Assembly (NCBI GenBank): GCA_964524735.1
Contig: CAZGCV010000004.1
Coordinates: 1 to 45,653 of the forward strand
DNA: 45,653 nt
Origin: an uncultured Candidatus Saccharibacteria bacterium
Lineage (GTDB): Bacteria; Patescibacteriota; Doudnabacteria; UBA920
Direction: 5' to 3'
A model generated the notes under the pieces. It had not been told where the DNA came from and did not search any database. It was given only the letters and a program-made list of their open reading frames with translations. Position numbers and translations under genes: made by a program. Positions 14,494 through 22,138 of this stretch are shown here, one piece after another (the first letter of the stretch is position 1; every line of letters begins with the position of its first letter).

Positions 14494-17121
14494 ATGTACC
14501 TCAAACGACTTGAAATACAAGGCTTTAAATCATTCGCAAAAAAGACAGTTTTAGAGTTTGAAAACGGCATCACAGCAATTGTGGGTCCAAACGGCAGTGG
14601 GAAATCCAACTCTGCTGATTGTTTGCGTTGGGTGCTTGGTGAACAGAGCGCTAAGCTTATGCGCGGCAAGAAAAGCGAAGATGTGATTTTTGCTGGTTCA
14701 GACAAAAAGTCTCGTGGTGGTTTTGCTGAGGTTATTGCTACTTTTGATAACCGTGATCACAAAATTCCAGTAGATGCAGCTGAAGTTAGTATTGGTCGCC
14801 GTATTACTCGCAGTGGTGAAAGCGAATACTTAATTAACGGTGCTCGCGTTCGTTTGCTCGACATTGTAGATTTGGTCTTAAAATCCAACATCGGAACTTC
14901 CCGCTATACAGTTATTGGTCAAGGAACAATTGATTCAATGATTTTAGCAGGACCGCAAGAAATTAAAAATTTAATTGATGAAGCATCAGGCGTAAAAACT
15001 TACTACTTGAAACGAGAACGTACTTTGCGTCGCTTAGAACAGACTGCACAGAATTTGATGCGCGCTGAAGATTTACTTCGTGAGCTTGAGCCTCGCGTAA
15101 AGTCTTTGCGTCGCCAAGCGAAGCGCATGGAAGCACGTGCGGAAATTGAAGTTGACTTACGTGCATATCAGAAAGAACATTTGGGTTCACAATGGTGGAA
15201 TTTAAAAACATCAATTGATTCTTTAAACAAAGAGTTGGAAATTTTCGCATCTCAACGTGCCCAGGTAGAAGCTACTATGGAAGCGCATTTGCAAAAGATT
15301 GAGCAGCATGAGAAAGAGAATGCTCAAGCCCTTGGCGATTACAAACACATTCAGGAAAAGTTACAGCAGCTTCAAAGCGAAAAGAACGGCTTGCTTGAAC
15401 AAGTTAGTTTGATTCGCGGCAAAATGCAGAGCCAGAAGACTGGTGTTGCGGGCGATAGCAATAGTCTGCAAATCGAGAGTCATACTTTGGCACAAAAAAT
15501 TATTGAAATAGAAACGCAATTAAAGCAAGCTGAGGAGCAGCAAAAGGCTGCTGCAGCTCAAGCTAACGGGCAAGACCAAGCGCTTGCTTCTGTTAACGCT
15601 CAGTTAACAGAATTGTATACAGCGTTAAGTAATCCAGCAGGAAGTGATTGGGTTCAAGTTGAAACTCATATGACTGAGTTGGATAATACTTTTACTCAAT
15701 TTCAAAGAATTATAGACGAAACTGATGATATGGGTCAGGTTCGAAATGCCACAGCTGCAGTTGTGCATGCATGGGGTGAATTTAAGAAGACAGCTAATGA
15801 AGCTGCGAAGCATCCAGATTACAATAAAAAGCTTCAAGAGCAGCTTCAGGAATTAACTGCGCAAAAAGATAAACTAGCTGCAGAGCAACAAACTTTGGCA
15901 ATGAGTGCTTCTAAAGCTGTAATGACTAAGGACTTTTTAACAGGTCAGTTGTCTAATTTGCAGAATGAAAAACTTCAAGTCGATTTAGAACTAAAAAAAG
16001 CAACTAGTGGCAGTGCAGATAGTTTTGTACAAGAACTAGTTGGTGAAGAAAATAAGCTACAAGAAAAAGTTTCTGCTGTAACTGAACAAATAAATAAACT
16101 TGAAACGCAACTACAAGGATTTTACAACGCAGAATCAAATTGGAAAGCTGCAATTTCAGAAGAAGATAAACGTTTTAGACAACAGCAAGATGAGTTGGGG
16201 AGAATTCGAGATAATCAATCAAAGGTAGAAGTTGAAAAAGCAAAATATGAAACTCAGTCAGATGCAATAGTGTCGGAAATTGTTGCGCAGCTTGGAAGCG
16301 ATCTGCTTGCAAAAATTCAAGAACATGAGATTAAGAAAGAAACCGAAGGTTTGGGGGAGAAGATAGACAAGCTGAAGAAGCAGCTTGAATTAATCGGCGG
16401 TGTAGATGAGCTTACGATCCAGGAATATCATGAAACTGAAGGTCGCTATACAAACTTAGAACATCAAATTACAGACTTGCAAAAGAGCATGGCAGATTTG
16501 CGCGCTGTAATGGATGAACTTGATGAACATATTAAGACTAAGTTTAACGAAGCATTTCATAAAGTAAATGCTCAGTTTGAACAATATTTCCGAGCTTTGT
16601 TTAATGGAGGTAGGGCGTACCTTTCACTGGTTAAGCCGAATGATGCAAAAACCGAAGCAGAGGCCGAGCTTGATGCAGAAGAAGTGGCTGAACAAAAAGC
16701 AGAGCAAGATGGTATGCGTCCGGAAGAAAAGATTGTTGCTAAATATGAAAAAGGCAGTTTGGCAGTTGCTGGAGTAGAAATTCGCGCAACTCCTCCAGGA
16801 AAGAAGTTGTCTGCTATTAATGCTCTTTCTGGTGGAGAACGTTCGTTAACTTCTATCGCATTGCTTTGTAGTTTATTAACTTGTTTCCCCTCGCCATTCG
16901 TTGTTCTAGATGAAGTTGATGCAGCCTTGGATGAAGCAAATACAATCCGTTTTGGGCAAATTCTTGGAAAGCTTTCTCATCAGACTCAATTCATAACCAT
17001 TACTCATAATAGAGAAACTATGGCTCAGGCTAACATTATTTACGGTGTAACTATGGGCGATGATGGTATTTCTCAGCTTTTGTCTATTAAGATGGATCAA
17101 GCAAAAGCCTACGCTAAGTAA
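14494..17121 (+). CDS. smc: SMC-family chromosome partition ATPase, short form (875 aa) without a recognisable hinge domain
   Basis: Canonical SMC N-head (LEIQGFKSF..GPNGSGKSN..RGKKSEDVIFAGS) and C-head (LSGGERSLTSIALL..VVLDEVDAALD..ITHN). The middle is coiled coil, with only a roughly 65-aa non-coil segment. Confidence 0.85.
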   Translation: MYLKRLEIQGFKSFAKKTVLEFENGITAIVGPNGSGKSNSADCLRWVLGEQSAKLMRGKKSEDVIFAGSDKKSRGGFAEVIATFDNRDHKIPVDAAEVSIGRRITRSGESEYLINGARVRLLDIVDLVLKSNIGTSRYTVIGQGTIDSMILAGPQEIKNLIDEASGVKTYYLKRERTLRRLEQTAQNLMRAEDLLRELEPRVKSLRRQAKRMEARAEIEVDLRAYQKEHLGSQWWNLKTSIDSLNKELEIFASQRAQVEATMEAHLQKIEQHEKENAQALGDYKHIQEKLQQLQSEKNGLLEQVSLIRGKMQSQKTGVAGDSNSLQIESHTLAQKIIEIETQLKQAEEQQKAAAAQANGQDQALASVNAQLTELYTALSNPAGSDWVQVETHMTELDNTFTQFQRIIDETDDMGQVRNATAAVVHAWGEFKKTANEAAKHPDYNKKLQEQLQELTAQKDKLAAEQQTLAMSASKAVMTKDFLTGQLSNLQNEKLQVDLELKKATSGSADSFVQELVGEENKLQEKVSAVTEQINKLETQLQGFYNAESNWKAAISEEDKRFRQQQDELGRIRDNQSKVEVEKAKYETQSDAIVSEIVAQLGSDLLAKIQEHEIKKETEGLGEKIDKLKKQLELIGGVDELTIQEYHETEGRYTNLEHQITDLQKSMADLRAVMDELDEHIKTKFNEAFHKVNAQFEQYFRALFNGGRAYLSLVKPNDAKTEAEAELDAEEVAEQKAEQDGMRPEEKIVAKYEKGSLAVAGVEIRATPPGKKLSAINALSGGERSLTSIALLCSLLTCFPSPFVVLDEVDAALDEANTIRFGQILGKLSHQTQFITITHNRETMAQANIIYGVTMGDDGISQLLSIKMDQAKAYAK

Positions 17122-17141
17122 TATCCATGTTACTTTAGAAG

Positions 17142-17462
17142 ATGAAAATTTTCAAGTTAAAACCAGATAAAGTGGAATCCTTTAAGTCTTGGGCAAATGA
17201 AATATCAACTTCTCTTTTGAATGAAGCGATTGAGTCTTTAAAGGAAGAACATTGCACCAGAGAGGTTTTTTACACTTTTGCTATAGGTAACGATACTTAT
17301 GTAGTGGCTCATATGGAAGGTGAAAATATATTACCTGCAAATTTGGACAGGGATATAAATATCAAGCACAGGCAGATCATGACAGAGTCTATAGCTCAAG
17401 TAGTTAATTTAGATCTTTTATACGATATATCGATAAATAATCAAAATGATACTTTGAAATAA
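17142..17462 (+). CDS. Small hypothetical protein (106 aa)
   Basis: The ORF is followed by a clean terminator. No motif recognised. Confidence 0.35.
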   Translation: MKIFKLKPDKVESFKSWANEISTSLLNEAIESLKEEHCTREVFYTFAIGNDTYVVAHMEGENILPANLDRDINIKHRQIMTESIAQVVNLDLLYDISINNQNDTLK

Positions 17463-17489
17463 AACCGCTTATAACTTAAGCGGTTTTTT
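17461..17489 (+). terminator. Rho-independent terminator
   Basis: AAAACCGCTTA-loop-TAAGCGGTTTTTT. Confidence 0.75.
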
Positions 17490-17508
17490 AATTTTTCTTT
17501 ATATCGAC

Positions 17509-17538
17509 TTGAACAGGTTTTGCTACACTTGATATAAT
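17509..17538 (+). promoter_or_regulatory. Promoter TTGAAC-18 nt-TATAAT with TGa extension
   Basis: TTGAAC at 17509-17514 and TATAAT at 17533-17538. It lies upstream of the ORF at 17554. Confidence 0.5.
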
Positions 17539-17553
17539 TAAAAAAACAAAGCC

Positions 17554-17799
17554 ATGACAGAAATAAATTTCCAACCCATGTTTGATTATTTTGATCATGT
17601 GTTAGACAAAAAACTATCTGAACAAAAACAAGATATACTTTCTGAAATTCGTAATGAATTTAACGGGCGTTTTGATGGCATCAGCAAGCAGTTGTTGGAT
17701 TTAACTCAAGAAATGCATGTTAACAATCATCGTATATACCGACTGGAAAATTGGGCGGATGTAGTTGGATTAAAAACGAAAATCCCTTTCGAAACCTAA
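17554..17799 (+). CDS. Small hypothetical coiled-coil protein (81 aa)
   Basis: The ORF has its own promoter and terminator. No motif recognised. Confidence 0.3.
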   Translation: MTEINFQPMFDYFDHVLDKKLSEQKQDILSEIRNEFNGRFDGISKQLLDLTQEMHVNNHRIYRLENWADVVGLKTKIPFET

Positions 17800-17829
17800 A
17801 ATTAAAGAAAACAGAACGCTTGACTAAAA

Positions 17830-17863
17830 GGACTTTCAGTGGTAGACTATGGAAGTCCTTTTT
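17830..17863 (+). terminator. Hairpin plus T-run
   Basis: GGACTT(T)C..GAAGTCC followed by TTTTT. Confidence 0.55.
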
Positions 17864-17960
17864 ATCTTTTTGAAAGTATTTTCATAGATAATCGTAGCTA
17901 TTTGAGACCGTCAAACTCAGTTAGTTGCACCACAGACTAATCAAATATTTACTTTAAATA

Positions 17961-18437
17961 ATGTTAACTATTCGTTTACAGCGCGCTGGCAGAAAAAACA
18001 AAGCTGATTTCAGAATTGTTTTGGCAGAAAAAACTGCAGCTAGCCAAAAGAAGTTTACCGAAGTTATCGGTGCTTACAACCCACATACTAAAGCGTTGCA
18101 TATTCGTGATGAAGCTCGTTTGAACTACTGGGTAAATGAACAGCATGTAGATATCTCTGCAACTGTTCGCAATCTATTTATTTCAAAAGATTTGATCAAA
18201 GGCGGTAAAGTAAAAGCTTTCACTGTTCCTAAGAAAGAAGTGGCTCCAGAAGAAACTCCAGCTCCTGCAGCTGAAGAAAACACTGAAGCAAAATCAGAAA
18301 TTACAGAAGAAACTGAAAAGCCTGCAGAAGAACTAGCTGAAAAAGTTGAAGAAAATGCTCCTGAAGCTGTAGCTGAGACTCCAGCTGAAGCTGCTGAACC
18401 AGCAACTGAAGAATCAAAAGAAGAAGCACAGGCTTAA
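17961..18437 (+). CDS. rpsP: 30S ribosomal protein S16 with a roughly 70-aa acidic P/E/A-rich C-terminal extension
   Basis: N-terminus MLTIRLQRAGRKNKADFRIVLAEK...GAYNP. The tail is APEETPAPAAEENTE... Confidence 0.9.
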   Translation: MLTIRLQRAGRKNKADFRIVLAEKTAASQKKFTEVIGAYNPHTKALHIRDEARLNYWVNEQHVDISATVRNLFISKDLIKGGKVKAFTVPKKEVAPEETPAPAAEENTEAKSEITEETEKPAEELAEKVEENAPEAVAETPAEAAEPATEESKEEAQA

Positions 18438-18441
18438 ATAA

Positions 18442-18474
18442 AAAAATCCCGTCCACAAGCGGGATTTTTATTTT
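18442..18474 (+). terminator. Rho-independent terminator after rpsP
   Basis: AAAAATCCCG-loop-CGGGATTTTTATTTT. Confidence 0.75.
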
Positions 18475-18485
18475 CCCCAAGTTTT

Positions 18486-18494
18486 TGGTATAAT
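18486..18494 (+). promoter_or_regulatory. Extended -10 promoter TGgTATAAT
   Basis: TATAAT at 18489-18494, upstream of the ORF at 18527. Confidence 0.45.
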
Positions 18495-18526
18495 AAATCT
18501 GTTAAAAATAACTTAACGAAACAAAA

Positions 18527-19021
18527 ATGAATTACAATGATTCAATCAAAAAAGTTTTAGTGGTTCTAATTATGATAGTAGCTTTGGCTGCTGCTGTAAC
18601 TGTAGTTATGACTTTCTTTATGAAGAAAGACAAAGCTGAGAATCCTAGATCAGAAGAAGTAAGGCAAGAGATAACGAAAACCGAAGTAGAAGCAAACAAA
18701 GACCCTGAAAAATTCCCAACTGGGATTCCTATAGAATCTGGCGCTAAAATTACCCAGAACTATAATGCTACAGCTGCAGATGGTCGTTTCCAAGCTACAA
18801 AAGTTTTTGAAACTAACCGAACTTTGGCGCAGAATCTGACTACGTATCAGGAATATATGAGAAGTAACGGTTGGGAAATTCAAAGTACTGTAGATGAAGA
18901 AAACTATAAAATGGTTTTCGGAACTAAAGAAGGTGAAACGCTTCAAGTGAGCATAGATAACAACTTGGCTCAAAACATTAAATCAGTAAACATTTCTTAT
19001 ACTGAAATCTCGCAGAAATAG
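18527..19021 (+). CDS. N-terminally membrane-anchored hypothetical protein (164 aa)
   Basis: One TM segment (VLVVLIMIVALAAAVTVVMTFF) followed by a hydrophilic domain. Has its own promoter and terminator. Confidence 0.4.
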   Translation: MNYNDSIKKVLVVLIMIVALAAAVTVVMTFFMKKDKAENPRSEEVRQEITKTEVEANKDPEKFPTGIPIESGAKITQNYNATAADGRFQATKVFETNRTLAQNLTTYQEYMRSNGWEIQSTVDEENYKMVFGTKEGETLQVSIDNNLAQNIKSVNISYTEISQK

Positions 19022-19031
19022 AGACATTACT

Positions 19032-19058
19032 AAAACCCCTGTATAAACAGGGGTTTTA
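19032..19058 (+). terminator. Rho-independent terminator
   Basis: AAAACCCCTG-TATAAA-CAGGGGTTTT. Confidence 0.75.
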
Positions 19059-19122
19059 ATTTTAGGTAAAAATTGATATATTATAAATCTTGCTTTTATA
19101 AAAATAGAATAAGGAGGAAATT

Positions 19123-19374
19123 ATGGCTAGTAATCAGTCAATAAAAGTGTTGGTATTAGCAGGTGATAATATCTCAATTTCGGAAGAAGAAGTTCCTCAG
19201 CATATCGCTGGGTCAAATAATGAGCATTTAATTGATTTCTACAAAGATAGAAGTAAATTAGAAGAAAAAGATTTCGTAGTAGTTGTTTTTATGAGAAATA
19301 CTAATAAGGTAAATTATTTGCTTGTTTCTGATCATTTGGAATTCAAAAGTATGGTTCTTGACAATTCTGAGTAA
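19123..19374 (+). CDS. Small hypothetical protein (83 aa)
   Basis: Strong SD AAGGAGG lies 7 nt upstream of the ATG. No motif recognised. Confidence 0.4.
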   Translation: MASNQSIKVLVLAGDNISISEEEVPQHIAGSNNEHLIDFYKDRSKLEEKDFVVVVFMRNTNKVNYLLVSDHLEFKSMVLDNSE

Positions 19375-19416
19375 AAATACTATAATCCAATAAATAAAAC
19401 TTATTGGAGGTTAGAT

Positions 19417-20043
19417 ATGAGAATTGCAGGATTTTTGATCGCGATTTTATTGTTGATGGTGAGTGTCGAAGCACAGAACGCATCGGTATTCTTTAATTAC
19501 GCAGGCAAACAATATTCTATACAAAAGAGTATTGATCCTGCAAAAAAGTTTGCTAATGTGCCTCTGAGCCTAGATGGGCAATTTTTAAAAGACGAGCTGG
19601 GACAAGTTATTACCAGTGGTCTCGCAATAAAGATCGAGTATTCTTTCATTCATAATGATGAGAAGGTTTCGTTGCCAAACGAACTTAAGGTTCGCGAGGA
19701 AGTTGAAACTCTGTATCACAATGTGAAAGGGTCAGTGCTGTCGAGTTTATACTCGATTGAGGTTCCTGTTGTTGATGGAGTGGTGAGCGATGTCATTTTT
19801 GTTGGCACTTCGCGACCTGCAAAATCTCTCAAGGCTCTTGAGATGGTAAAAAGACAGAAAGTTTTTGTTGTAGATAATAAAGGCTTTGAGCATCTGTTTA
19901 TTGACCAGTTAATCGCAATTAATTGGGACAAAGGGGTAATTACGCTTATTCCAACTCAAGATAAAGACTTGGCTTATGTGGCTGGGCTTAAAAATAACCA
20001 GGTGATTCCAAACCGGTTATTACCAGCTTTGGCTAAAAACTAG
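19417..20043 (+). CDS. Secreted hypothetical protein (208 aa)
   Basis: SD GGAGG and a signal peptide (MRIAGFLIAILLLMVSVEA-QN). Confidence 0.45.
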   Translation: MRIAGFLIAILLLMVSVEAQNASVFFNYAGKQYSIQKSIDPAKKFANVPLSLDGQFLKDELGQVITSGLAIKIEYSFIHNDEKVSLPNELKVREEVETLYHNVKGSVLSSLYSIEVPVVDGVVSDVIFVGTSRPAKSLKALEMVKRQKVFVVDNKGFEHLFIDQLIAINWDKGVITLIPTQDKDLAYVAGLKNNQVIPNRLLPALAKN

Positions 20044-20056
20044 CAAAGTCTTATAT

Positions 20057-20088
20057 AAGCCAGGGTATTAAATATCCTGGCTTTTTTC
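20057..20088 (+). terminator. Rho-independent terminator
   Basis: AAGCCAGGGTA-loop-TATCCTGGCTTTTTT. Confidence 0.75.
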
Positions 20089-20097
20089 TTTTGATTA

Positions 20098-20106
20098 TGG
20101 TATAAT
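20098..20106 (+). promoter_or_regulatory. Extended -10 promoter TGgTATAAT
   Basis: TATAAT at 20101-20106, upstream of the ORF at 20141. Confidence 0.45.
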
Positions 20107-20140
20107 ATTTGTAGTTGAGTAACTACAAAAAGAAACAAAA

Positions 20141-21310
20141 ATGTCTAAAAATATAAAGTTAATTTTAATGTTTTTAGTAATAATACCTTTTTTGGGTATT
20201 GTTGAAACTAAAACAGCTCAGGCACAGGTTGGGGTATCAACTTCAATCAGAATGCAAGCTCAGGGATCATTCTATTATGGTAGTGGTAATATTATGTCTT
20301 TACCTTGTGCACAATTGACCAATGATGGAAACCGTCTTGTTATGAGGAATCGTTTTAGTACCAATGCTAATCCAGGTGGGGGTAGTACTACTTTGCAAAT
20401 TTATAATGCTAGTAATGGACAACTTCTTAATACTATAAATGGCAGCATTAGTGGTACGAGTTATGATTCGGGCGCAGTGGCAATTAATTTGCCATCCCAG
20501 GTCAGTACAATTTATATGTATTTAAGTGTTTCTTCGGTAAGAAATAATGTAACTGGTCACAATATTTCATTTTCAAGAGATAGTAGATCAGGTAATGGTA
20601 CTGTATCTATGGGAGGAGGTTCTGGCGGTGATTCTGTCACATACGTTGTTCAGGCTCCTTCAAGCGACAGTGGTTGTAATGATCCTGCTCCTGCTCCAAA
20701 TTTTTCAATCTCATGCACTCCTGCATCAACAACTATTACTGCTGGAAGCTCAACTTCATTTAATCTTTCAACTACAGCTCAGAATGGATTTAACTCAAAT
20801 GTAAACTTTACCCATTCAATTAGTCCGAATGCAGGAAATGTGCCAGGTATTAGCTATTCAAATAACAACAGGGTTCCTCCTGCGACTACCACAGCTACTA
20901 TTAGCACATCTGCATCAACTACACCGGCAACATATAATATTATCTTTACCGCAACTAGTGGTTCAATAACTAAACAATGTAGTGTCCAGTTAATAGTCAA
21001 TGCTCAGCCCGCTCAACCTGCATTTACTTTGTCTGTTACTCCAGCCAACAGGGATGCATTGAGAACAGCTGGATCTCAGGCGTACAATGTAACGGCTAAC
21101 TGTTCAAACATGAACGGACCAATTACAGGCTTGCAAGCTTCTAGTCCATTCTCTGGGCTTTCTTACAGCTTTTCTAGTACAACAGTTGCTTGTGGTGGAA
21201 CTGTAACCTTAACAGTTGGCAATTTAGGATCTGTTCCAAACGGACAGCTCTCTGATCCTCAACAAAGACTGCCTCAAAATATATCTGTCACAGGTACAGC
21301 AGCTAATTAA
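20141..21310 (+). CDS. Secreted surface protein with Cys-bracketed Ig-like domains (paralogous domain shared with 22139-24655)
   Basis: Signal peptide (..TKTAQA-QV). The domain FSISCTPASTTITAGSSTSF...TATSGSITKQCSVQLIVN closely matches FNISCSPASRTITAGSSASV...TASGGSITKQCSVSLTVN. Confidence 0.6.
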   Translation: MSKNIKLILMFLVIIPFLGIVETKTAQAQVGVSTSIRMQAQGSFYYGSGNIMSLPCAQLTNDGNRLVMRNRFSTNANPGGGSTTLQIYNASNGQLLNTINGSISGTSYDSGAVAINLPSQVSTIYMYLSVSSVRNNVTGHNISFSRDSRSGNGTVSMGGGSGGDSVTYVVQAPSSDSGCNDPAPAPNFSISCTPASTTITAGSSTSFNLSTTAQNGFNSNVNFTHSISPNAGNVPGISYSNNNRVPPATTTATISTSASTTPATYNIIFTATSGSITKQCSVQLIVNAQPAQPAFTLSVTPANRDALRTAGSQAYNVTANCSNMNGPITGLQASSPFSGLSYSFSSTTVACGGTVTLTVGNLGSVPNGQLSDPQQRLPQNISVTGTAAN

Positions 21311-21318
21311 AATATTTT

Positions 21319-21345
21319 AAAAACCCCCTAATTTTAGGGGGTTTA
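21319..21345 (+). terminator. Rho-independent terminator
   Basis: AAAAACCCCCTA-ATTT-TAGGGGGTTT. Confidence 0.75.
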
Positions 21346-21363
21346 ATTATGATTTGTTTAAGC

Positions 21364-21392
21364 TTGACATATTAAGATAAAGTTAGTATAAT
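21364..21392 (+). promoter_or_regulatory. Consensus promoter TTGACA-17 nt-TATAAT
   Basis: TTGACA at 21364-21369 and TATAAT at 21387-21392. Confidence 0.65.
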
Positions 21393-21428
21393 TTGGATAG
21401 TTCTTTATATTTCAAATTTGGAGGGATT

Positions 21429-22055
21429 ATGAAAAAGTTAGTATTAGGGTCAATGTTTATGGTAGCTTTTCTGTTTTTTGCGGTCCCTCTTGCGGCTAAC
21501 GCCCAAACAGAGAACGTAAAAAAGATGAGCTCGAACGAACAAGCAATTTACTTGGCAGCAATGAATCTGTTAAGTGATGAGGATTATTCTGTTTTGGAAC
21601 AATTCCAAGTTCAGAACAAGACTGGGGCGATATCATTTGTTTTTGACAAGCAGCTTACTTTAATTACTCAAGATAAAACTTCATTGAAGGAAATGAAGAG
21701 TAAGGCTATGTTTTGTCTCGGTGAAAAAGCCTCTTTTCCAATTTACATTAGAAGAGAGAGCGATTTCTTTACTTCTCTGGTTTCTGGGTATCTAAGAACC
21801 AGTCATTTAGTCAAAGTTGATGAACACCCCGTTTCTATGGCTTTGGCTGCTAAAATTTCTCATGAAATATTTCATGTGAATAATCCCGGTATAGCAGAAA
21901 GTGAAGTGCTGGCAATTCAGCATGAGCAAAAGATTTTTAATGGATACAAAAAGAACTTTGCTCAAACTTTGGCAATATCTGGTCTAGCATCAATTGTAAG
22001 TGATTATTCCGATAATTTGGATAAGGATCTTAGAATAGCAAAAGCTGGAAAATAA
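21429..22055 (+). CDS. Small secreted protein with an HExxH motif (putative metallopeptidase-like)
   Basis: Start moved to the ATG after the GGAGG SD. Signal peptide (..VPLAANA-QT). HEIFH lies within AAKISHEIFHVNNPG. Confidence 0.45.
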   Translation: MKKLVLGSMFMVAFLFFAVPLAANAQTENVKKMSSNEQAIYLAAMNLLSDEDYSVLEQFQVQNKTGAISFVFDKQLTLITQDKTSLKEMKSKAMFCLGEKASFPIYIRRESDFFTSLVSGYLRTSHLVKVDEHPVSMALAAKISHEIFHVNNPGIAESEVLAIQHEQKIFNGYKKNFAQTLAISGLASIVSDYSDNLDKDLRIAKAGK

Positions 22056-22063
22056 CTTTTTCT

Positions 22064-22097
22064 AAAGAGATTATGTACTTGCATAATCTCTTTTTTT
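22064..22097 (+). terminator. Rho-independent terminator
   Basis: AGAGATTATG-loop-CATAATCTCT followed by TTTTTTT. Confidence 0.8.
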
Positions 22098-22107
22098 ATG
22101 CTATAAT
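22079..22107 (+). promoter_or_regulatory. Promoter TTGCAT-17 nt-TATAAT nested in the preceding terminator
   Basis: TTGCAT at 22079-22084 and TATAAT at 22102-22107. Confidence 0.55.
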
Positions 22108-22138
22108 TTTAGTATAAAGTCCACAAAAAGAAACAAAA

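Noticed and set aside
17820-17848. TTGACT-17 nt-TAGACT as the rpsP promoter
   Set aside because: The -10 box is poor. The element coincides with the terminator hairpin of the upstream small ORF (17830-17863), so the match is probably fortuitous. The real rpsP promoter is unresolved.
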